Made by a program: the position numbers and the translations under genes
The notes under the pieces: model-generated
Told to the model about the DNA's origin: nothing
The model's input: the letters and a program-made list of their open reading frames with translations, nothing else
Database searches by the model: none
Assembly: GCA_964106645.2 (NCBI GenBank)
Contig: OZ067042.1
Strand: one strand, 5' to 3'
Source of the DNA: Podarcis pityusensis
Lineage: Eukaryota
DNA length: 64,000 nucleotides
Shown: piece after piece, positions 39,059 through 52,375 of the stretch
Numbering within the stretch: position 1 is the stretch's first letter
How the letters are laid out: each line of letters begins with the position of its first letter

Positions 39059-39177
39059 CTGCGACAGATGACAGATGTTATAGATATGCAGACTGTGCCA
39101 GCTGTACTGCCAATACAAATGGCTGTCAATGGTGTGATGACAAGAAGTGCATTTCTGCAAACAGTAACTGCAGTGTG
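39059..39177 (+). CDS. ATRNL1: ATRNL1 coding exon (about exon 13, 119 nt), PSI
   Basis: tag|CT...GTG|gtgagt; [39 protein letters not shown]. Confidence 0.94.
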
Positions 39178-42100
39178 GTGAGTATTTATATGTGGCAGTT
39201 TCATTAATGACACTGCTTTGTAACCATTTATTTGCTCTTTTGGTGCCTTCAAAATGTAAATGTCACATTATAATCAGATGCTTGAAATACATACGAAATA
39301 AACTTCATCATAAATTAATTGCGAAGACGTATAATATAATTGGAAAGAGAAATAATGAAAGTAATAGAACCACCTGCTTTACAAATTGCTTTGGCCAATC
39401 AAGCACATAGTTTAAGCCTTAGCTGACAATCCACATCATCTAGAATTCTCTGAAATATTATTACATGGCCATTTGGGAATTGCGGGGTTATCATCTAGGA
39501 AAAAGTACACCTGAGCTACCTCTTATTCATCATCATCTTCATCTTAAAAGCCTTGTCTAAACTACTGGATTTCCAGACATAGCAAAGTTTATGAATATTA
39601 AGTAGTTGTTCAGTCTTTCTCAAAAGAAGAATATAATAAAAATCCTTAACTATTGTAGCTAATCTTAAAACTTTGTTCACTATGGATATATCCAAAAAGT
39701 TAAACAAGTATGGCCTAAAGTGCAAGTGCACTTCCAGCATGACTGCTCTTGGATGCCTCCTTAATGAAAGGTAGAGGGTTGTGATGCAAGTTCTTGGTGG
39801 TGGTCTCCCATTTATTGAACTGGTGGTTATATTTATACATCAGTTGAAAATATTTTTGCTTTTCCAGGCTTTTGGTTCATAATTGGTTTTCTGTTGGTGT
39901 GTGTGTGTGGTCCCTTTAGGTTTTACACTGATGTTCTGTTGTACTTTCATGTAATGTAATGATTTTATGGCTTTTTAAATTTTAGACGGTAGTTTAATGA
40001 TTTCTTATATGAAGCTGTGCTGTGCTCTGGACTGGAGGAAGTCCAGGGTATAAAGAGATCAGAATAAATAAATAACATTTACAGGATGAGTTTAAGATAG
40101 AGCCACTGAAGATATACATATTATATTAAGTTTATGTATCTTGAACTAAAATATTGTTCTTAAATAAGAACTAATATCAGTTTTTAAAGTGTGCCAATCT
40201 TCACTGTCCTTGCTGTTAAAATAGCTCTCTGGGATAGTTCAGTGTTGCCCACCCTGAGCTGGGATTAAAACAGATACATGGCCTCCAGTTTAATGCTATA
40301 CTTGCTTACTCAGCTGTAATTCCCATTGAGTTCAATGGGAGCTTAACTCCCGGTAAATGTGTTTAGGATTTAAGCACAGATCACCTAGTGAATTTAGGGA
40401 CATTGTCCTGTGTTTTTGTTTTTGTTCTGCTACCTTGAATGCACGTGGCAATATATGGTAAATGAGAATATTAATTTAATCATTTAATTTGTGAGATACA
40501 GCAATAGTGACACATTTAGGGATTTGCAATTCTCCACGTTTATAAACGGAGATATATATATATATATATCCATCCCCACAGTTAACTTTAACATAACAAT
40601 GTGAATACATTAATATTTCCTCTTATTACTATTAAGTTGTGTTTTTAAAAAATGTTTTCATGGCTTCACGTGTTTTCTATAGTATATAAAACTGTTAGTA
40701 AGAAAATGAAGGGGGAAACATCTACCACTACTTTACTTTTTTGCATTTTAAAAAAAGATTCCACCTTTGCACCTGCCCCTAACCACCCTGATACATGTTC
40801 CCTTGAGAAGAAACATGCAGATTATTATCAAAAGTGATTGACTTTACTTATGTGTTATCGGTGGCATACAGTAGTGCTTTTGACAGCAGAGTAAAATTAC
40901 TTGCGATAAGGCAAACCCTCTGAAGCACATCAAAATGCTGTGGGTATTTTTCATGAGTTGATAAAAACATTTATAGCAATGATAAATATTTCTCTTTTAA
41001 AAGCAAACAAATATTAGAAAAAACTGCATGTAATGATTTTTGAAAAGAAAGTTCCAAATCTCTGGTTATGTGATATTTCATACATGGTGCTTAGAAATGC
41101 AAAGGTAAAAAAATCTAGATAGGAAATGAAAAAAAGAGAAGGACTAAAGCAAGAATATTACATTACAAGTATATATCATTTAAGGCCTGTTAGGCAAGGA
41201 CAGCTGGATAATGAACAGAAATTATACTTTAGACTTTCCCCACATCATATATTATCTTTATTGAGAAAGCAATGAAGCTGAAATTCCAAACAGGTCAGGA
41301 ATGCTAAACCGCAGAAAACATAGTTGAAATGTAAAGTGTGTTAAAGCTCATCTTGCTTAATCATTTGCTGTTGCCTGCAGCCCACTGTTTTACCTTCAAA
41401 AAACAGACCTGGTCCATTTTATACCCTACACATGGCAGTAGGTACACAGTGCCAGTGTAGCTCTCTGTGTGCACACGATGGGGGGTATATGTGTTCCCAA
41501 TCTGGGTGTGTGACAGGGGATTCCTTTCCGCTTGTAGCTGTGTTCAATATACAGAAATGTGGTATAAAACTAGATTACCTCCCAAGCTTGTGAATAATGT
41601 GAATGATTTCTTGGCTATTGTAACGTCAGATAATTTGCTAGGGTTTTTTTTGGGTAACGTTAAACCATATCTTTGTATCCAAAAAGGGAAATTCTGGTTG
41701 CTTCTGAGATATACAAAGCTCATATATCTTCAGTATAATTCTTGACATTGTGATTGAAATTGTTGCTATTTAGGAAATAGTTTCTAGCAGGCCAGAGCAA
41801 TCTAAACTATTTGGATTTATTCAGACATAAAAAGGCAACATTATATTAATATACTAGGCACATATTGCTAAATCTATACTAAATTTTAAGATACAGACAT
41901 TTAATACGTCTCCTGCAACTTACTCCCTACACCCAGTTTTTAATTGCAAATTTTGAGTGCAATGTTTCAGGAACTTTAGCTGAGTAGGCTTATTATACAT
42001 GTTCACTCTATGGAAAAGCCTTTCTAGGCAAAGACTGTAACATTGTAACTTGGTATGAATGAGAGGCCAAATACAAATCAGTTCATATAAATTGGGCAAA

Positions 42101-42575
42101 CTAATGGCGTGGTTTGATTTTCCCTGCATTGAACAATGACACTTCCTTTTGTGTTCACATGAACATAGGCAAGCTTATAGGGATGACTCAGAAATATTTA
42201 CCTGAGTGCCACATAATTTCTTAATGAAAAAAGGACCTTTAGTTGAGATGCTATTCCTTTCTTCACCTGTAATATGAGAAGTCTGGCTCCATGAGTGAAA
42301 TTCAGCGTTGTGTTCTTCGAATGATTCTGTCTGTGCAAGCATTTCAGCTTCCCATATGTAATGATTCCCCCTATCCTCACCCGCATTCTGTTTAAGTTAT
42401 CCCAGCCCCCAAGCCAATTTTTTTGGGGGCGGGCATGTGGGGTAGGAGAGAAGGGGGGAAAGTGCTATTGCATTAGCAGAAGTCATTGTGCAGGGCTTCC
42501 ACTGATGTGACTAGTTAGGTGAATTCCATTCCATGACTCCCAGCACACCCTTCTACCTTAACACAAAAGTACATA

Positions 42576-44204
42576 CCGTATTTTTCGGACTATAGGACGC
42601 ACCGGCCCATAGGACGCACCTAGTTTTCAGGGGGGGAAATCAAGGAAAAAAATATGATTTCCCCCCCGCAGCTTTGGGAGCAGCGGACAGGCTGCACGCA
42701 GCCTGTCCGCTACTCCAAGACCTTCTCCCTGCTTTTGCGGGAGGTGGCGGAATTCCCCAACCTCCCGCAAAAGCCCACAGGAGCCCCGCGCGACTCCTGC
42801 GGGCTTTTCGACCAGGAGGGAGAAGGGACTGAAACGGCCAGTCAGTCCCTTCTCCCTCCTCGGGGAAAAGCCCCCAAGAGCGGCGCGCTCTTTAAAGGGT
42901 GCGCGGCTCCTGCAGGCTTTTCTAGGAGGTGGGGGAATTCCCCCACCTCCTAGAAAAGCCAGCAGAAGCCGCGGAGCCCCTTTAAAGAGCACGAGGCTTT
43001 TGCGGGCTTTTGCGGGAGGTGGGGGAATTCCCCCATCTCCCCCAAAAGCCCGCAGGAGGGAGAAGGGACTGACTCGGCCAGTCAGTCCCTTCTCCCTCCT
43101 TGGGGAAAAGCCCCCAAGAGCCGCTCGCTCTTTAAAGGGTGCGTGGCTCCTGCGGGCTTTTCTAGGAGGTGGGGGAATTCCCCCACCTCCTAGAAAAGCC
43201 GCGGAGCCCCTTTAAAGAGCGCGCGGCTTTTGCCTGCTTTTGCGGGAGGTGGGGGAATTCCCCCATCTCCCGCAAAAGCCCGCAGGAGGGTTGGAGAGTA
43301 GCGGGAGGGCGTCGCGCGCCTTCCCGCTGCCCCCCATCCTCTGGGGCTGGCGATGGGGGAAGCGCTGCTTTCCCCACCGCCAGCCTCGAAGCCGGGTTGG
43401 AGGGTAGCGGCAAGGCGTCGCGCGCCTTCCCGCTGCCCCCCATCCTCTGGGGCTGGCGATGGGGGAAGCGCTGCTTTCCCCACCGCCAGCCTCGAAGCCG
43501 GGTTGGAGGGTAGCGGCAAGGCGTCGCGCGCCTTCCCGCTGCCCCCCATCCTCTGGGGCTGGCGATGGGGGAAGCGCTGCTTTCCCCACCGCCAGCCTCG
43601 AAGCCGGGTTGGAGGGTAGCGGCAAGGCGTCGCGCGCCTTCCCGCTGCCCCCCATCCTCTGGGGCTGGCGATGGGGGAAGCGCTGCTTTCCCCACCGCCA
43701 GCCTCGAAGCCGGGTTGGAGGGTAGCGGCAAGGCGTCGCGCGCCTTCCCGCTGCCCCCCATCCTCTGGGGCTGGCGATGGGGGAAGCGCTGCTTTCCCCA
43801 CCGCCAGCCTCGAAGCCGGGTTGGAGGGTAGCGGCAAGGCGTCGCGCGCCTTCCCGCTGCCCCCCATCCTCTGGGGCTGGCGATGGGGGAAGCGCTGCTT
43901 TCCCCACCGCCAGCCTCGAAGCCGGGTTGGAGGGTAGCGGCAAGGCGTCGCGCGCCTTCCCGCTGCCCCCCATCCTCTGGGGCTGGCGATGGGGGAAGCG
44001 CTGCTTTCCCCCACCGCCAGCCTCAAAGAGCAGACTCTCCTGGCTTCAGCGGAAGCAACGCGAAGCCTCCGGAGCGCAGGCTTCGGAGGCTTCGCATTGC
44101 TATCGCTGAAGCCGAGGAGTCTGCATTCGCTCCATAGGACGCACACACATTTCCCCTTCATTTTTGGAGGGGAAAAAGTGCGTCCTATGGTCCGAAAAAT
44201 ACGG
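42576..44204. mobile_element. Tc2-like non-autonomous element, 1.63 kb, opposite orientation to the copies at 11380 and 28407
   Basis: 27-bp TIR CCGTATTTTTCGGAC(T/C)ATAGGACGCAC with one mismatch; TA on both sides; extra subterminal ATAGGACGCAC copies. Confidence 0.93.
43288..44024. repeat. 106-bp GC-rich tandem repeat, 7 copies
   Basis: Period 106 is visible directly and in the ORF track (starts at 43353, 43459 ... 43989). Confidence 0.95.
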
Positions 44205-45257
44205 TACTTTGGGTGTTGTACTCTACGCTTGCTTAATTCCTCTCAGAACTAAACTTTATTCACATACTTGTTTAGATAATCATTTCTTAGCTTTGAAAGC
44301 TGAGACACAAATAAGCCTTGTGTCCATCCAAACAACCCCTTCTCTCAGCCCACTGTGATTAAACATATATTCAATTAAACATATATTCCAGTTTCTATTT
44401 CATTCAGATTGGGAAACTATGATTACCTGGGTTAGAACAAGCCAGTACCTTAAACAGTGGTTTTGAAGTTGGTCTAAGGTTCTTCCAAACTTTTTGGCTA
44501 AAGGGTAGGTTATAAATGTCTTTAAATAAATATAAACATCAACATTAATAATTATGTCACTCTGAAAAGGAAGGAAGCAACGGGCTGTGTATGCGTGTGT
44601 GGGGACAACGACAATATATCTTATGATCAGCCAAACAAAAAGTCTATAGCTGTATAAAAGATAACTCTTGTTTTGAGATCTAGCAAATCAGGACTCAAGG
44701 ATGGAATGGAAAAACAAATATGAGGGGAAAGTCTTTCTAGACCTTCTGTAGATAAATGTTGCTGTTTAGATATCTTAGAATCATTGTGCAACTTTTAATA
44801 AGAAAACACAAGCATTCACAAAAACTTAGGCCGAAAATGAACTGTCATTTGTAGTGTTGATAAGGAACAAGGGAGTATTTAAAATAGCCAGAAACTGGCA
44901 TAAACAAACCAAACCTTGAACTATTTCAATAAGTTGGGCAACTGTAGATGCTTCTTCAGATCTTAAGGGGATAAACTAATGAACATACTGAGCTGCTAGC
45001 AATTATTTTTGATAAGTCATGTAAAACATTGAAGGCATCCGAAGATTTTTTTGTGGGAGGAGGTGGAACAAACAGTTTCAGTTTTATCAGGATGAAAATA
45101 TAAGAGCAACTACTGTCATGTGAGTCTAAATGGGTTTTGAAGTGACATTGGGTCCAGGCAGCAGCTTTCTTTACGACTGATTTGAACTGTGGCGCTAACC
45201 CCCAATTATTCAGGTGTGGAGAGAAAGTCCTGGGAATAGATGCCAAAAAGTATAGTG

Positions 45258-45463
45258 CAGAACTTTCCAAACTGTGTGTCACGACACGTTAGTGTGTCAG
45301 CTGCAGTTTGTAGGTTTGTTGCACAAATGCTCCCAGCACACCTCTCAGGGCTAGAAAGGGGTTAGTTTAACCTCTGGTTTGCTAGGAAAATTGAATTACT
45401 GTGTTGCAAAATGATTCATGTCTAAAAAGTGTGTCACCAACATGAAAAGTTTGGAAAGCTCTG
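45258..45463. mobile_element. hAT-type MITE
   Basis: TIR CAGAACTTTCCAAACT / AGTTTGGAAAGCTCTG; 8-bp TSD GT(A/G)TAGTG. Confidence 0.82.
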
Positions 45464-48321
45464 GTGTAGTGGGTCTGTATCATAGATGCTTATGTAGATT
45501 CTGCTTTGTGCACATGCAAATTTACCATTCATGAAACAACATTCCACTCAGGAAGATAGTGGGACTTCCTGGAATATATCCTCCCACTGTGTAAGAAAAT
45601 ATGACAGTTGGAAATTAGTCTGTTTATTCATACCCTTCTATTTATGTATTTTTACACTTACACCTATAATAAAACTTGTGCAACAGATGTTAGCTCCGAC
45701 TAAGACCTTAGTGTTAACAAGAACCACCTATTGGATTTGCATTTACACTAGGTTACTGAGATTTGTCCAGAAAGGAATGTGTAAATTGGATTTAAAGGAA
45801 ATAAAGCTTGGAAGCAGGTGACTATGGAGAATACAGACAGTAGTTATTAGTAGTTCTTTTTAAAGTCAAACATTGTTAAATAGCCTTTGGTTATCTATAG
45901 TCAGGAAACCATACTGTGAAACCAGTAAGAATACTTCCCCCCCCCCCAGCTTTTTTTTTTTACCCTCAATGCTACTTACTACCATATGGGTTCATTTTCG
46001 AAAGCAGCCTGAACTTTTCAGGATTTTGACATTGCGATAATGACATGTTAACAAGGAATATTAGGTGAGGACAGTGTTAAGTGAGCAGATGGTGCTTACT
46101 TGCAATTTAAAATTCATTGTAATGTACCTCACAGGCAGCATTGTCAATAATGTATAATGGCTGAGCCAAACTAAATGCAAATAGGTATAAAAAGGTCTTC
46201 TGAAATTCATCTGTGCATTTTTTACAGGCTTACCTTCTGTCGCTTTGCATATTTTACTCTAGCTAATTGGTTATGCACATAGCTCTGTAGAGTTCTTATA
46301 ACAGAACATGGTTGTGTTTCTGTGTTTATATCTAAACACCTTGTAATACCTTTCTTCAATACCTTAAAAATAATTTGTGTTTCATGGTGTATTCCACATG
46401 GTTCAATATGATCTTGTCTACAACTGGTATTTTTAAAAATGAATGTAGTATTTAAAAAGGACAGCGTTCCTAATTCTCAATATTAGTACCAACACTGTAC
46501 TACTGCTATACAGGCAATTGCTTTGTCCATTAAATAATTTTATTTAATAATCTATGTGCTTTTAATTGGCCAAAGAAAAAGATGGCACAGGTCACTTAAT
46601 TCAAAATACTGCAACGACAAGATTTCCTACACTTCATTCCTTCCTCCACAAACACTTATCTGTTCTCCCCCACAGAAGGAAACATCACTGTTTCCGTTGT
46701 ACATATGTTACGGCAGCTGGGTTTTTTCCTTCAAAAACCCCTATCATGTTCCCCCCTTAATCTGTTTTTCTCTGTACACAGCATGCTTCATTCCTTTCAG
46801 CTTTCCCCCAGATGTCATACATTCTAAACTCTCCTCATTTTTTGTTGCTTTCTTCTTAAGGCTAACTCTCACTTTACATTTTATGTTCTAGCATGGATGC
46901 CTGAGCACAGAATAAACTAAGCTCTAATTAAGTGTGAAGGGAGCACCCAGGTAAAATTTGATGTGTGTCCATTACATTACTTGGAACTGGAGGCCTATGC
47001 TTTCTTTTGTTCTTCTATTCCATAACTTTATTTTTCATTTTCTGAAAATACATGTAGCAACAATCCCCATATGCCTCCATTGTTGTTGTTGTTGTCATCC
47101 ATCTGTCTCAGGAAAAATGGAGGAATGTGCCTTTCAGGGTGAAGTCAAATAGTTGGAAGGTTACAATGCCTGCTGTGGCAGTAGAGACTGATATGGGAGA
47201 GGTATGTTTTGTTGCAGCTGGGTAGATGAAGTTGTCTGGTTGTGCAGATACACTATGCCATTTCGTCTCTCTGCATCCTTCCCAATGGTCATTCCTCCTC
47301 TGGTCACTGCCATGGATGCAGCCCGGCTTAAGATGGTCAGTAGCTGACCAGTGAGACACGATGATCTCTCCCACTGCCAAAGGCAACCTGTAGCACTTGG
47401 ACCTTACATCAATCAGACTGATCTTCTAACTTGTAACTGCGGCCACCTACATCTGGGCCTGCCCAGATGGCAAGCCCCACCTCCACCCTTGCTGAGATGG
47501 TCCAAAGGAAAGGAAAGCAATACATTTGGAACCAGCTGGGCTGCAGGAGTTCCTGGAAGGAGACGTACAAGACATCATCTGACCGCCTTAGTGACTCCAC
47601 TCCAGTTTTGTATAGGGTTTACTTCTTCTGAAAATGCACATGTAGATCTTGACATTTTTTATACAGAAATTGAAAGAAAATAGCAGTTGTGTTATGTGCT
47701 AAAGCAGGACCAATATCATTATCTTTATCTCCACAAGCTGCATGAGCCAACTTTGGGGCTGTCCACCTGTCAGTCACCTGATGTCATAATGACATCAGGT
47801 GACAATGCCTCTGAAGTGTTTCCAAGCAGTTTCAGTAGAAATCAGATCATTAATTAGCCAAAACAGAAGTGGATGGTTCATAGTTATGCTGGTTTGATGG
47901 TAATACTTTAGACCACCAAATGAATTGTGACTATGTACGTCCTTCAACTCAGGCATTCCCAATGCTAATTGAGCACTCTGTCCACATGACCCTAACTGTC
48001 GGAAAAAAACAAGTTCACTAGCCCAAGAAACAGGCATCTAACATTTATTTATGAAGTAATTATTAGTCTGTGCTGTTTCTAAACAACTGAATGACAGTTG
48101 CCAGATTCTTAAAAGCAGTCTTTTAAAAGCTTGTTTTCATTAATATTAGACTTTATTGTTTAATTATTTTTTCAGGATTATTTTTAAATGATGAATTTTA
48201 AAATTTAGAAAATGGTTGCAATGTATTATTTACCTTCTTTTCTTTAAAAAAAATGGGTAAGTGCTATGACTTTAACTCTATTAACATTTACCTTCCTATT
48301 ACTCGTATATTTAGGTCAGTC

Positions 48322-48472
48322 CAGTGGTGTAGCGTGGGTTGTCAGTAATTTGCGCCCCCTAACCCATGGATTTGCGCCCCCTAACCCGTGGATTTGCGCC
48401 CCCTAACCCTAACCCCCAGATGTTGCGCCCGGTGCGGCCGGCCCCCCCTGCACCCCCCATGCTATGCCACTG
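48322..48472. mobile_element. hAT (Tip100-like) MITE with an internal 22-bp repeat
   Basis: TIR CAGTGGTGTAGCGTGGG / CCCATGCTATGCCACTG; perfect 8-bp TSD GGTCAGTC. Confidence 0.88.
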
Positions 48473-48552
48473 GGTCAGTCAGTTCCTTCAGAATTTTTAA
48501 GCTTTCTCCATTCTGAGAATTGACATGGTATGTATGTGTGCTTATATTCTAG

Positions 48553-48685
48553 TCTGTGAAAAACTACACCAAATGTCATGTAAGAAATGAACAGATCTGT
48601 AATAAGCTGACAAGCTGTAAAAGTTGTTCACTAAACCTCAACTGCCAGTGGGACCAACGACAGCAAGAATGCCAAGCATTACCAG
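48553..48685 (+). CDS. ATRNL1: ATRNL1 coding exon (about exon 14, 133 nt), PSI
   Basis: tag|TCT...G|gtaaag; [44 protein letters not shown]. Confidence 0.95.
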
Positions 48686-49348
48686 GTAAAGGGGAAATAA
48701 TGTGTTTGAAAATAATTTTTAAAGCATTATTGGGTAAAAGGGGAAGAAATTTCAGATCCGTGCAGACTTTTCAAAATTCAACACAGAGAACTATAGCCTT
48801 GACTACTGGGTGTAATCCATCCAAAATGACAAGGAATAGGCACAAGTTTAGCTGTGTTCTTCTAGATAATATGTTATTTCTGTATAGTTTTCTATGGTAT
48901 CCACATGCCACCTTCATGTTGATGCAAAGCGTAGTATTGCAAATAATCTTGCACAAATCACAAACCTTATTTTCCTGAGATTTGGCAGTAACCCATTGTA
49001 TATCACACTGTGCTCCTATTATTGTACTTTTACTTCACCAATTGAAAATGCTAGTTCTGTAGGCTATTCTAATGTAAAGCATTTGTTGCCATGACCTCCT
49101 GTTTTACTCTGGAGGAAGTGTATAGGGGAGGAGGTGCTTTTTGTTGAATCTTCCTCCCGCAGATCCCTTTGCTCAAGAAAGTTTTTTTGGGGGATCATCT
49201 GGGGGAGCGTGAGGAGTGATGCAGGAAGGGAGAATGGTAAAAAATCCCCTACCTTCCTCCTTGAGCAGGGAGCCTCTGCTGGATCTTGGTTGCTTCTGTG
49301 AACAGAAGGAGCCCTTCCATCCATGGAAGTCATACCCTGGTTCTAGCT

Positions 49349-49426
49349 CAGTGGTTCCCAACCTTTTTTTTTGTTCATGCCCCACCAAGCATCTCTAAAA
49401 TCCTGATTCCCCCCCCCTGTGACATA

Positions 49427-49463
<37 letters not shown>

Positions 49464-49595
49464 AAAAGTGAACTCCTGTTCACATGGAGGAAGCCTAAAA
49501 GGCCATTAACTGTTAATAACTCATTCTCGAATTGCCCCCCTTAAAAATCAAATTGCCTCCCCTGTGGGGCTTGTGCCCCACGTTGGGAACCACGG
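49349..49595. mobile_element. hAT (Charlie-like) MITE containing (TTA)n
   Basis: TIR CAGTGGTTCCCAAC / GTTGGGAACCACGG; 8-bp TSD TTCTAGCT. Confidence 0.88.
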
Positions 49596-49726
49596 TTCTA
49601 GCTGAATATGTAGGTGATGTGCCTTTTAGGTGAACTGTGTTCTGAAAAGATAATTCTAAAGCCTAGTTCTAAATGTGATGTTTTTTTCTTTCACAACTAC
49701 TTTAAGCTTGTGTAACTCTTTACTAG

Positions 49727-49908
49727 CTCATCTGTGTGGAGAAGGATGGAATCATGTTGGAGATGCCTGCCTTCGTATAAACTCTAGTCGTGAAAACTAT
49801 GACAATGCGAGACTTTACTGCTATGGCTTACACGGCATCCTTGCTTCATTAACAACCTCAAAAGAAGTTGAGTTCGTTTTGGATGAAATACAGAAATATA
49901 CGCTCCAG
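49727..49908 (+). CDS. ATRNL1: ATRNL1 coding exon (about exon 15, 182 nt), C-type lectin N-half
   Basis: tag|CT...CAG|gtaacc; HLCGEGWNHVGDACLRINSSRENYDNARLYC...LASLTTSKEVEFVLDEIQKY. Confidence 0.95.
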
Positions 49909-50089
49909 GTAACCTGAGTGTCTAATTCATAAGTGCATATATGCAAATGTTTTTGTAAACTGCTCTAAAAATTTATTTATTTTTTACAATCAAGCGGCTA
50001 TAAATGAAATGAATGAATGAATGAATGCATAAATAAATAAAAGTAGGTTAATGATTGGTTTTATTAATTAAATTGATGAAATCCATATA

Positions 50090-50217
50090 CTGTATTTTTC
50101 CGTGTATAACACGCCCCCAAGTCCACCCTATGCACTATCCATGTATAAGACGGCCCCAGTTTTTTTTACATAATTTTAAAGTAAATAAAACCTCGCCTTA
50201 TACACGGAAAAATACAG
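50090..50217. mobile_element. Short Tc2-like MITE
   Basis: Perfect 20-bp TIR CTGTATTTTTCCGTGTATAA; TA on the left. Confidence 0.8.
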
Positions 50218-51870
50218 TGCATTTTAGAAGCATTTGCTGTAGTGCACACAGTGGTAATTCTGCCTACAGGATCTCTTGGGATAGTAATTATTTCTAAATG
50301 TATATCTCTTCATATAAATGAGCATATCCAAATTTTATGCAAATATTTTCCTTTCGTTTTGAGCTTTTTGTGTTACACATTCCCTCTTTATTGGCAATGC
50401 ACAAGTGCCCACTCTAAGGAAAAACCTGTTGATGGGACCAGTTAACAAGCTGGAACAAAGAAAACACTAGATCAAAGGGCTAACCTGCACACAGATTTGC
50501 AAAGCAGTTCAGAAGTGAGAACCATAGAATAACCAATGATTTAGGAAAACACCAGAGCTCAGATCGTGTTGCTTGAGCAAGGCTTAGCTAGAATTGGAAA
50601 CAAGCAACTTTCCTTTTCTCAGAAGGATCCAGTGTTTTAACACATGGGGGAGGTTCACACAGATCTGGCAGCTCCTAGCACTCTCCTTCTGATCCATTGT
50701 ATCTTCTTCTGAAAACAAGCAGACTAGTTCCCGAAGTTCAACACCTAAGAATGCAGTGGCAAGATTTGTGGACAGTTTTGTTTTGACCTGCCTTAATGTA
50801 GGTTTGCACCCACATATGCTCACACACATATATACAGACACACATCTCTAGATGAAATGGTAAAAGAAGCCTCATGAATCTGAGAATACCGCTGATGACA
50901 GCCTGTCATTTTGACAAGTTTGGTAACTGGAGAAATGGTTGTTTTCATTTTCTGAAATTTCTGAAGGTGACACCGTACCAAACATACCTTTATTCAAATG
51001 AATTATGTGTTGAGACACCTAAGCTATATAAATTTGAGATAAGTCACTTGCAGTATACACTACAGGTAGACAAATCCATGCACTTTAAGGAGGTATTTTG
51101 GGTCAAATGATTATTTACTTATCAAAAACTTCTAATGAAATGTTACAGTGATTTATGCTTTATCTCGCTTCTGTTCCCCCCCTCCAAAAAAGTAATTTCT
51201 CTTTCATTCCTATCTCTCTATCCGTCCCATTCCATTTATTGTGTGTAAGTCATTTTGAATGTGCTATCAGTTGCCAGAGAAGCTTGCTGAGATTTCCCTT
51301 GATTTCCCTTCATATGCCTGCTCTTTCAGGCTCGAATCATAATGATTTAGGACATACGATTTCATTTCAGATGACTTCTTTGTTACAGATAGTTTAGTAA
51401 GGTTCACAAATGTAGGCAGAACAGCTGAGAAATGTCTGCTAATCTGAAATATTTGTGCTTGTTTGAGTCTTAAAACCTTTTCATATTTAAAGCAATGATT
51501 TTTGTAAAATAAAAGTTTTTTTGATTAATATAAACTATTTGAAAATAAGAATATAAATGTATGTCTGACTGAATGATGTTTTTATTTAGCAAAGAATAAA
51601 TGCTTGGATTATTATTATTTATAAAATTTATGTAACTGCACTGTGTCTTCTGCATACCCCTAATGTCATTCACTCAAGCAGCCTCTCATCCATAGAATTG
51701 GAAACCACCTCTCAGCAAAGTAGTAATGTCAGATCTACAGGGCTGACACCACTTACTTCATTTCCTCCCTCTTCTGCATGTGATAACCTTGGAGGTTACC
51801 ATACTTGGGTTATCATGCTCATACTCCAGACTACCCCTCATTTTCTCCATCCTTCCAAAGCTGTGATCTA

Positions 51871-52071
51871 GGGACGCTGTGGCGCAGGTGGCGCTGTGGG
51901 TTAAACCACAGAGCCTAGGTTCACTGCTCTGATTCGCCAGAAGCGGCTTAGTCATGGTGGCCACATGACCCGGAAGCTGTACACCAGCTCCCTTGGCCAA
52001 TAAAGCAAGATGAGCGCCGCAACCCGGGTCGGCCACGACGGGACCTAATGGTCAGGGGTCCCTTTACCTTA
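51871..52071 (+). mobile_element. Sauria SINE, internally deleted
   Basis: Head and tail match the full copy at 52376; the middle is missing; ACCTTT-type tail. Confidence 0.85.
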
Positions 52072-52375
52072 AGGATGAATTTTGTTTTCGTATTTAAAGG
52101 AGAGGGACTCCCTAGATTCAAAACAACAATAAAGACCGACAAACTGATCCATGCCAGGATTTGACTGAAGACTGTTAGGGGCAGAGTAGGTTGAAGCAAC
52201 ATCAGTGCATTACAGCTGCTTATCCATTGAGTGCTAGTGTTTGTATGGCAAATACCAGTTGAGGGACTGGCCTTGCCTTTGTGAGTTCTGCATGTCTACC
52301 TGTAGAGAAGCAAGGTAATTATCTCATCTCCAGAATGAGTTTCAGCTAAATAGATAGTATATACAACAAAGTGTT

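Noticed and set aside
43288-44024. CRISPR-like array
   Set aside because: Units are fully repeated with no unique spacers, there are no cas genes, and the context is a vertebrate intron.
42627-44252. Many overlapping ORFs up to 323 aa with repeated peptides
   Set aside because: By-product of a GC-rich, stop-poor tandem repeat open in several frames on both strands; no recognisable domain.
47085-47625. Possible old non-LTR retrotransposon fragment
   Set aside because: Composition suggests a repeat, but I could not identify TSDs or protein motifs to support a call.
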